A stretch of DNA of 35,072 bases, from positions 1 to 35,072 of the forward strand of contig JBDLWN010000109.1 of assembly GCA_039804225.1 (NCBI GenBank), given 5' to 3'. Position numbers and translations under genes: made by a program. Within the stretch, counting starts at the first letter, position 1. Each line of letters opens with the position of its first letter. The notes beneath the pieces are model-generated. The model did not search any database and had not been told where the DNA came from. It saw nothing but the letters and a program-made list of their open reading frames with translations. Positions 28,921 through 35,072 of this stretch are shown here, piece after piece. The stretch comes from Chloroflexota bacterium (GTDB lineage: Bacteria > Chloroflexota > Limnocylindria > Limnocylindrales > Limnocylindraceae).

Positions 28921-29196
28921 CTATCGGAGGGCGATCAGGCCGCAGCCATCACAGAGCGCCACGATGGCGCGCTTCTCGCGGGCATATCCGGCGGTGTGAA
29001 GCACCCCTGGGCAGCCGACCGTGCGGCAGCGCCAGGCCCACGCCTCATCGCCATCTGCGCCGTCGTATGGGAGCGCCTCGGCGCTGAGCTTCTCGGCGAG
29101 CCCTTCGCGGGCGGCCAGGGTCGTCGCGATGGCGGCGGCACGATCTGCCTCGCTCTCACGCTTATAGGGATACGACTGGGCGACATTGGTTGGCAT
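28921..29196 (-). CDS. Small Zn-ribbon protein
   Basis: WRCRTVGC...LCDGCG; TATACT 6 nt before the ATG; stop abuts the next ATG. Confidence 0.72.
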   Translation of the reverse strand: MPTNVAQSYPYKRESEADRAAAIATTLAAREGLAEKLSAEALPYDGADGDEAWAWRCRTVGCPGVLHTAGYAREKRAIVALCDGCGLIALR

Positions 29197-29244
29197 GGGC
29201 GGAGTATACCGACCACCGAAGGCGGGAACCCGTATGCTGCAAGG

Positions 29245-30528
29245 GTGACTCGATCTATGAAGGCCCTGCTCCTCGGCACCCTCACGTTGCGTACCGCAAC
29301 GGGGACCACGGGCGCGCTGCTGATCGTCTGGAACAAGTACCTCAACTCCACTGGGTCGATCACGATCACCCCAGTTGATCTTGCAACGATCACGCTCGCC
29401 TTCTACGTGACGGAGCTGATCGGGTCGCCAATCTTCGGCATCATTGCCGACCGCATTGGGCGCAAGCCGGTGATGTTGCTCGGGCCACTCTTCGGCCTCG
29501 CGGCGGTAGTTATGACGCCGTTCTCGATGACGATTCCGCTTCTCATTGGCACGCGCCTCCTAGAAGGGGCCTCAACTGCTGCCAGCGTTCCCTCAATCCT
29601 GTCGTACGTTGCGGCGAAGACGAGCCACGACGCCGCCCTCAGGGGTCGCGTCGTCACCCTCTTTGAAGTGGCAACCCTCGGCGGACTCCTCGTTGCGGGA
29701 ACCGCGTTGGCCGGACCGCTCTGGGCGATCTTCGGGCCAGCAGCCTTTGCCGTGAACGGCCTGATCTACGTGCTCGCCCTCCTCTTCTTCGCCTACGGCG
29801 TGAAAGATGAGCACTCCGCACCACCGCCACACGCAGAGAACCGCCTGCGTAAGTACGTAAAGCTCTTTAGCCAACGTGGGATCTTGCTCTTCGTCCCCAC
29901 CTGGGTCTCAATCAACGCCATCATCGGCGTCTGGGTGCCACAAGGGCTCAACCTGCTGCTCGGCGACGAGACGGTCAATCTCCCAGGTCAGTTCCTGCTT
30001 AGTGGTTTCGACTTTGTCATCGTCACCTCTGCCTTCGCCTTCGTTGCCCTCATCGGCGGCGTCGGACTCTTCTTCTGGGGGAATCGCTTCGCCAACTTCC
30101 GCCGCACCACCATGCTCCTGCTCGGTCTGATCGCCTTCGTCGTGGCGATGGCAGCGATCTTTGCGATCAATCGACTCTCTGGGAGCGAGCTACCACTGAT
30201 CGCCCTCCTCTTTGGGGTGCTGTGCGCTTCGATGTTCTTCATCGCTGGTGCAACGCCAGCGGCACTCGGCTTCTTGGCCGATGTCTCTGAGCGGTACCAC
30301 GCCGACCGCAGCGCGGTGATGGGCCTCTACTCGATCTTCTTGGGTCTAGGGCAGGTCATTGGCGTCAAGCTCGCGGGCGACTTGGCGTTTGCCTACGGGG
30401 TTGACGGCCTCGTGTTTGCAACTCTCGGATTCCTCGCTGTGGCAGGCACCTTCCTCCTGATTCTGCGGCGGGTTGAGCACGAAATCCTCCTACCTAGCGC
30501 TCCTGGGCAACAGCACGCGCACGACTGA
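29245..30528 (+). CDS. MFS transporter
   Basis: Motif A GIIADRIGRKPV, GTRLLEG, 12-TM pattern; start reset to GTG 29245, 6 nt after TATGCT (ATG 29257 is the alternative). Confidence 0.88.
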   Translation: MTRSMKALLLGTLTLRTATGTTGALLIVWNKYLNSTGSITITPVDLATITLAFYVTELIGSPIFGIIADRIGRKPVMLLGPLFGLAAVVMTPFSMTIPLLIGTRLLEGASTAASVPSILSYVAAKTSHDAALRGRVVTLFEVATLGGLLVAGTALAGPLWAIFGPAAFAVNGLIYVLALLFFAYGVKDEHSAPPPHAENRLRKYVKLFSQRGILLFVPTWVSINAIIGVWVPQGLNLLLGDETVNLPGQFLLSGFDFVIVTSAFAFVALIGGVGLFFWGNRFANFRRTTMLLLGLIAFVVAMAAIFAINRLSGSELPLIALLFGVLCASMFFIAGATPAALGFLADVSERYHADRSAVMGLYSIFLGLGQVIGVKLAGDLAFAYGVDGLVFATLGFLAVAGTFLLILRRVEHEILLPSAPGQQHAHD

Positions 30529-30597
30529 TCCGCACCGATAGAATCAGTGAGACGTGAGGGCGACCTGCCTGCACGCATGCTGGGAGGGAGAGACACC

Positions 30598-31452
30598 ATG
30601 GCCAAGGCAACGGTTGCAATCATTACCGACAGCGCATCGGACATTCCACCCGATGCAGCCAAGCGGCTCGGCATCACGATCGTGCCGGTCATCGTCTCCT
30701 TCGGCTCCGAGAGCTTCAAGGTGAACGAGGAGCTCACCATGGATCAGTTCTGGAAGCGACTCACCGCCCCAGGTGCGCCGTTCCCAAAGACCGCAGCACC
30801 CCCACCCGCCGCCTTTACCGCCGCCTACGACAAGGCATTTGCTGGCGGCGCAAAAGAGGTCGTCTCGGTACACGTGGCTTCGAAGCTGTCGGCGACCTAT
30901 CGGAACGCCGAAATTGCCGCAGCGGACCACCCGCAGTCGAAGAACATTCATCTCGTCGACACTGCGACGGCATCGGCGGCCGAAGGGCTGCTCGTTGCGC
31001 GTGCCTACCATCGCGCCTCCGAAGGTTGGAAGGCGCCGCAGATCGTTGCGGAGCTCGGCGAACTCATTCCAAAGACGCACGTGATCTTCTTCCTAGACAC
31101 GCTGGACTACCTGAAGGCGGGCGGACGCATCAGCCCGGCGCGAGCGGCTATCGGTGGACTCCTTTCGGTGAAGCCGATCATCGACATCATTGATGGTGAG
31201 GTTGTGACGCTCGACAAGCCACGTACGACGGCAAAGGCCCGTGAGCGGTTCATGGAGTTGATCAGCGCCGCCCCAATTCAGGAGCTGACCATGCTGCACT
31301 CCGAATCTCCAGACATTGAGGCATTCCGCGACGAGGTTTGCGCTCGATTCCCCGAGATTGCTGCCTTGAAGCCGGGGATCGTTCGGGCGGGTGCAGCCAT
31401 TGGCCCACACACCGGGCCGAAGGGACTCGGCGTCGCGCTGATCCGCGCCTAG
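30598..31452 (+). CDS. DegV family fatty-acid-binding protein (FakB-like)
   Basis: IITDSASD, PKTAAP, SKLSATY, LDYL..GGRI, LSVKPI, HTGP; SD GGAGG. Confidence 0.92.
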   Translation: MAKATVAIITDSASDIPPDAAKRLGITIVPVIVSFGSESFKVNEELTMDQFWKRLTAPGAPFPKTAAPPPAAFTAAYDKAFAGGAKEVVSVHVASKLSATYRNAEIAAADHPQSKNIHLVDTATASAAEGLLVARAYHRASEGWKAPQIVAELGELIPKTHVIFFLDTLDYLKAGGRISPARAAIGGLLSVKPIIDIIDGEVVTLDKPRTTAKARERFMELISAAPIQELTMLHSESPDIEAFRDEVCARFPEIAALKPGIVRAGAAIGPHTGPKGLGVALIRA

Positions 31453-31597
31453 CCACAAACCCTCGCGCCGCCGCTCGTGCGGGAGCGCTCCGCAACCTGC
31501 GCGCAACACCTTTTTGAGGCGCGTTGTAGGGTTGTGGGGATCGCCGCACGGCGGCCGCCAGGCACCCGCCAGGGCGGCAGAGTAGAGGTGCACAACG

Positions 31598-32848
31598 ATG
31601 AGTTCACAGAAAAGCGCCTGGGCAGTTGCGCAGCAGCAGTTTGACCTTGCCGCCAAGCGGCTCGGTCTTGATTCTGGCATCGCCGCCGTGCTGCGCGAGC
31701 CGCGACGTCAGCTCACCGTGCACTTCCCCGTGCGCATGGACGATGGTTCCACGCGAGTCTTCGAAGGGCATCGCGTGCAGCACAACCTCGGACGTGGCCC
31801 AGCGAAGGGTGGCATTCGCTTCCATGAGGAAGTAAACATTGACGAGGTGAAAGCCCTCGCCATGTGGATGTCGTGGAAGTGCGCCGTGATGGATCTTCCG
31901 TACGGCGGCGGCAAGGGCGGCGTCACCGTTGACCCGAAGAAGTTGTCGTTGGGCGAGCTTGAGCGTCTCACGCGCCGCTTCACAACCGAAATCGCCGTCA
32001 TCATTGGACCTGAATCCGACATTCCAGCGCCCGATGTGAACACCAACAGCCAGACGATGGCTTGGATGATGGACACCTATTCAATGCACGTTGGCTACAC
32101 CGTTCCTGGTGTCGTCACCGGTAAGCCGATTGCGCTCGGCGGCTCAAAGGGCCGCAATGAGGCGACCGCGCGCGGCGCAGTCTTCTGCATTCGTGAAGCG
32201 GCAGGCAAGATCAACCTTGATCTGAAGGGTGCAACCGTTGTGGTGCAGGGGTACGGCAATGCTGGATCCATTGCGGCGCGACTGATCAGCGAGCTCGGCT
32301 CGAAGGTGATCGCCGTATCGGACAGCAGCGGTGGCATTCACAACCCGGCCGGCCTTGACCTGAATGCGGTCGATGCGCACAAGAAGAAGACGGGGAGCGT
32401 TGTGGGCTTTGCCGGCGCCACGCCGGTCAGCAATCAGGCGATCCTTGAGATTGCCTGCGACGTGCTGATCCCGGCTGCTCTGGAGAATCAGATCACCGCG
32501 GAGAATGCGGCCAAGATCAAGACCAAGATCGTGGCCGAAGCGGCGAACGGACCAACGACACCAGAGGCGGACGACATCTTGTTCGCAAATGGAGCGATGG
32601 TGATCCCCGACATTCTCTGTAACGCCGGTGGCGTCACGGTGAGTTACTTCGAGTGGGTGCAGGACCTGAACCGCGACTTCTGGGAAGAGGAAGAGGTCAA
32701 CGTTCGCCTTGAGAAGAAGATGGTTCGTGCCTTCCACGAGGTCTACGACATGGCCCAGAAGGAGAAGAGCCACCTGCGAACGGGTGCCTATCTCCTCTCG
32801 GTGCAGCGCGTTGCCGACGCCATGAAGGTGCGGGGTATCTACCCGTAA
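31598..32848 (+). CDS. gdhA: Glutamate dehydrogenase (Glu/Leu/Phe/Val family)
   Basis: GPAKGGIRF, WKCA, PYGGGKGG, DIPAPDVNT, VTGKP, QGYGNAG, EAANGP, NAGGVTVSYFEWVQ. Confidence 0.93.
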   Translation: MSSQKSAWAVAQQQFDLAAKRLGLDSGIAAVLREPRRQLTVHFPVRMDDGSTRVFEGHRVQHNLGRGPAKGGIRFHEEVNIDEVKALAMWMSWKCAVMDLPYGGGKGGVTVDPKKLSLGELERLTRRFTTEIAVIIGPESDIPAPDVNTNSQTMAWMMDTYSMHVGYTVPGVVTGKPIALGGSKGRNEATARGAVFCIREAAGKINLDLKGATVVVQGYGNAGSIAARLISELGSKVIAVSDSSGGIHNPAGLDLNAVDAHKKKTGSVVGFAGATPVSNQAILEIACDVLIPAALENQITAENAAKIKTKIVAEAANGPTTPEADDILFANGAMVIPDILCNAGGVTVSYFEWVQDLNRDFWEEEEVNVRLEKKMVRAFHEVYDMAQKEKSHLRTGAYLLSVQRVADAMKVRGIYP

Positions 32849-32873
32849 ACCTCCTGCGCGCTAGGATGCGCAC

Positions 32874-33491
32874 ATGGCTGGCCTAGACCACGAAGAGCGC
32901 TTTCTCTTTCGCGAGGAGATCCTCGCGCTTGCCGCTGCGCTCACTGAGGGTTCGGCGCTCGATAACGTTGAGGATCTGCTCGTGGATCTGATCACCTCAA
33001 GCCACTTCGATGCTGAAGTGGTGACGCTGGAGCGCTCGCTGCAGGCGATGCTCGGTCAGCGCCAAGGTTCGACCCTGGTCACGGCACTAACGGCAGCCCC
33101 CGAGGTCTTTGACGAGGTGACGGAGCTACGACTCCCGGCCGAGGTGGTTGATCGCCTCGCTGGGTGGCGCGCTCGCTTCGGCCTCGCCATTGATAACGCG
33201 TTGAGCTTTCTCTCCAACCCTGATGGAATTCAGGGGCACAACTTCACCACGCAAGTGGCACACGCCGACGACCGCCGAACACTGCAGGGGCGACTCACCT
33301 TTGTGCGTTACAGCAATGAGTCGGAGTTCTTTATCGCTGATGCGAGCGTCTTCCTTCAGGTTGCCGCCGACCTGCTCGACAAGCTCGGCACGCACATCAG
33401 CCGTGACGATGTTGACCAGGAGTCGGTGACGCGCCTCAAGGAGGCGGTCAACCTAATCGAGCGCCGCACTGCGCCGCGCGACGAGGCGTAG
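32874..33491 (+). CDS. Hypothetical protein
   Basis: 205-aa ORF filling the gap; TAGGAT 6 nt before the ATG; no recognised motif. Confidence 0.7.
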   Translation: MAGLDHEERFLFREEILALAAALTEGSALDNVEDLLVDLITSSHFDAEVVTLERSLQAMLGQRQGSTLVTALTAAPEVFDEVTELRLPAEVVDRLAGWRARFGLAIDNALSFLSNPDGIQGHNFTTQVAHADDRRTLQGRLTFVRYSNESEFFIADASVFLQVAADLLDKLGTHISRDDVDQESVTRLKEAVNLIERRTAPRDEA

Positions 33492-33495
33492 CCCG

Positions 33496-34620
33496 ATGAC
33501 CGGCGCCGCGGGCGCACGGCAGCTCTTCCTCGCCGCGACGGGGCAGAACCGCGGCAAGACGACCACCTCTCTCGGACTCTTCGCCGCTTTCCGCGCGCAA
33601 GGGCTGGATGCGGGATTCATGAAACCGGTTGGCCAGCGGTGGATCACGATCGACGACACCCCCGCCGATGAAGATGCGGCGTTGATGCGTGGCGTGTTCG
33701 GCCTGACCGATGCGGTCGCCCTTCTCTCTCCCGTGCAGATTCCACGCGGATTCACGCGTAAGGTGATTGAGGGGCAGGTGGTGGAAGATCTCGGTGCGAA
33801 GATCATCGCCGCTCAGGTCGAACTCGCGCAGCGACACGAACTACTGCTACTTGAAGGAACAGGACACGCGGGCGTTGGTGCCGTGATTGGCTTGAGCAAC
33901 GCCGATGTCGCTGCACTGCTCGACGCGCCGGTGATCATCGTGAGCGAGGGTGGTATTGGTAGGCCGATTGACGAGATCGTGTTGAACGCGGCGCTCTTCG
34001 CCGCGCGTGGCGTTGAGGTTGCGGGGGCGATCGTCAATAAGGTTGACCTTGACCTGCAGCCCGAGTTGCCGCGCCTTCTTGAGAAGGGGCTCGCGCGTCA
34101 TGGAATTCCGCTTCTTGGTGTTCTGCCGTATCGCCAGATTCTCTCCAACCCCACGCTCGCGATCATTGAAGATGGCCTGCAAGGGGAGACTCTCTGGCCA
34201 GGTCGCGACATGGACGCAATCATTGGCCGCGTCTCCGTTGCCGCCATGCAGCCGGAACACGTGATGCAGCGCATTGGCGAGAGTGCCCTCATTGTGGTTC
34301 CTGGTGACCGCGAGGATGTGATTGAGGCGCTGACACAGCTGTGGCTCGACGGGGAGGATCATCCGAATCGGCCACTTGGATTCGTACTCAGTGGCGGCTA
34401 TCGACCCCGCACACGGGTGCTGGAGTTGATTCGCAACGCGAACATCTTCGCGGTGTTGATGGAGGGCGACACTTATACCGTTGCCTCGAATGTGCACGAC
34501 CTGCTGGTGAAGACCCACCCTGAAGATGTGCGCAAGATTGAAGAGATCAAGCAGCTTGTTGCCAACTCCCTCGATGTGGATCGCATCCTTGCCGCGGCGC
34601 GGCCAGTTCCAATGCGCTAA
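33496..34620 (+). CDS. Stand-alone Pta N-terminal-like protein (BioD-like P-loop plus DRTGG domain)
   Basis: ATGQNRGKTT, GFMKPVG, LLEGTGH, SNA.VA, IVNKV, VPGDREDV, LSGG. Confidence 0.82.
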   Translation: MTGAAGARQLFLAATGQNRGKTTTSLGLFAAFRAQGLDAGFMKPVGQRWITIDDTPADEDAALMRGVFGLTDAVALLSPVQIPRGFTRKVIEGQVVEDLGAKIIAAQVELAQRHELLLLEGTGHAGVGAVIGLSNADVAALLDAPVIIVSEGGIGRPIDEIVLNAALFAARGVEVAGAIVNKVDLDLQPELPRLLEKGLARHGIPLLGVLPYRQILSNPTLAIIEDGLQGETLWPGRDMDAIIGRVSVAAMQPEHVMQRIGESALIVVPGDREDVIEALTQLWLDGEDHPNRPLGFVLSGGYRPRTRVLELIRNANIFAVLMEGDTYTVASNVHDLLVKTHPEDVRKIEEIKQLVANSLDVDRILAAARPVPMR

Positions 34621-34629
34621 CCGGCGCCC

Positions 34630-35072
34630 CTACGGGAGCGTGATCGCGTCAATCAGGCGTATTCCGTCAACTACGGCGGCAAGGGAGACCAGCGCCTCGC
34701 CCGATGCGGCATCACCAACGCGCGAATCTTCTGCAAGGGGCACGAGGGTTTCACTATCGGCGAAGTCAAGATAGTCAAGCGCAACGCTCGGCTCCGCGGT
34801 GATGACCCGCTCGGCGAGGACTCTGAGTGTGGCAACGCTCGTTACGCCAGAGGCATACGCCTCGGCGATGAGTGAGAGCGCGACGGGGATCGCCTTTGCC
34901 GCCGCAACACGACCGTTTGCTGAGAGCAACCGATTGCGCGAACTGAGCGCAAGATCATCGTGGTCACGCACCGTCGCGACGCGGTGAATGGTGATCCCGT
35001 CGCTCCGCTGCGCCGCCATCCACTCGACGACGCGCACCTGCTGCGCATCCTTCGCGCCAAAGTACGCCTCAT
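34630..35072 (-). CDS. panC: Pantoate-beta-alanine ligase, C-terminal part (5' end outside the window)
   Basis: Reverse translation from the edge gives EAYFGAKDAQQ...TVRD.D.LALSSRN...RLID. Confidence 0.9.
   Translation of the reverse strand, partial: EAYFGAKDAQQVRVVEWMAAQRSDGITIHRVATVRDHDDLALSSRNRLLSANGRVAAAKAIPVALSLIAEAYASGVTSVATLRVLAERVITAEPSVALDYLDFADSETLVPLAEDSRVGDAASGEALVSLAAVVDGIRLIDAITLP

Noticed and set aside
28996-29244. 83-aa N-terminal extension of the MFS ORF
   Set aside because: Overlaps the divergent Zn-ribbon gene; promoter geometry supports GTG 29245
31453-31597. Possible terminator or riboswitch between degV and gdhA
   Set aside because: Only imperfect GC-rich inverted repeats; the T5 run is not directly after a clean stem; no known aptamer recognised
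32144-32773. 209-aa ORF antisense to gdhA
   Set aside because: Typical antisense frame of a conserved GC-rich gene
33496-34620. Calling this gene bioD or pta
   Set aside because: Too long for BioD and has a DRTGG domain; lacks the Pta catalytic domain

Overview
GC-rich, very densely packed bacterial chromosome segment with about 31 CDSs (two truncated at the window edges) and one tRNA-His. I found no mobile element, CRISPR array or rRNA. Content is mostly nutrient scavenging and housekeeping: peptidases (M17, M1 PepN, M23), a full Opp/Dpp ABC operon, an orphan MsmX/MalK-type ATPase, three MFS-type permeases, BioY, cofactor genes (pncB, pdxH, panC), glgC, a class III aminotransferase, an FGGY kinase, DegV and Glu dehydrogenase. 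The style suggests a streamlined Chloroflexota or Actinomycetota-like genome (inference only). Most notable: (1) a 2-oxoacid dehydrogenase E2 split into a free lipoyl-carrier gene and a catalytic-core gene, with no E1/E3 in the window, linked to pdxH; (2) a translationally coupled operon of a Zn-ribbon protein, a coiled-coil PD-(D/E)xK nuclease-like protein and an MFS-like permease; (3) six genes with TANNNT exactly 6 nt before the start codon, implying leaderless mRNAs; (4) several structured or repeated cis elements around the opp operon and the aminotransferase gene. All product calls come from motif recognition, not database searches.
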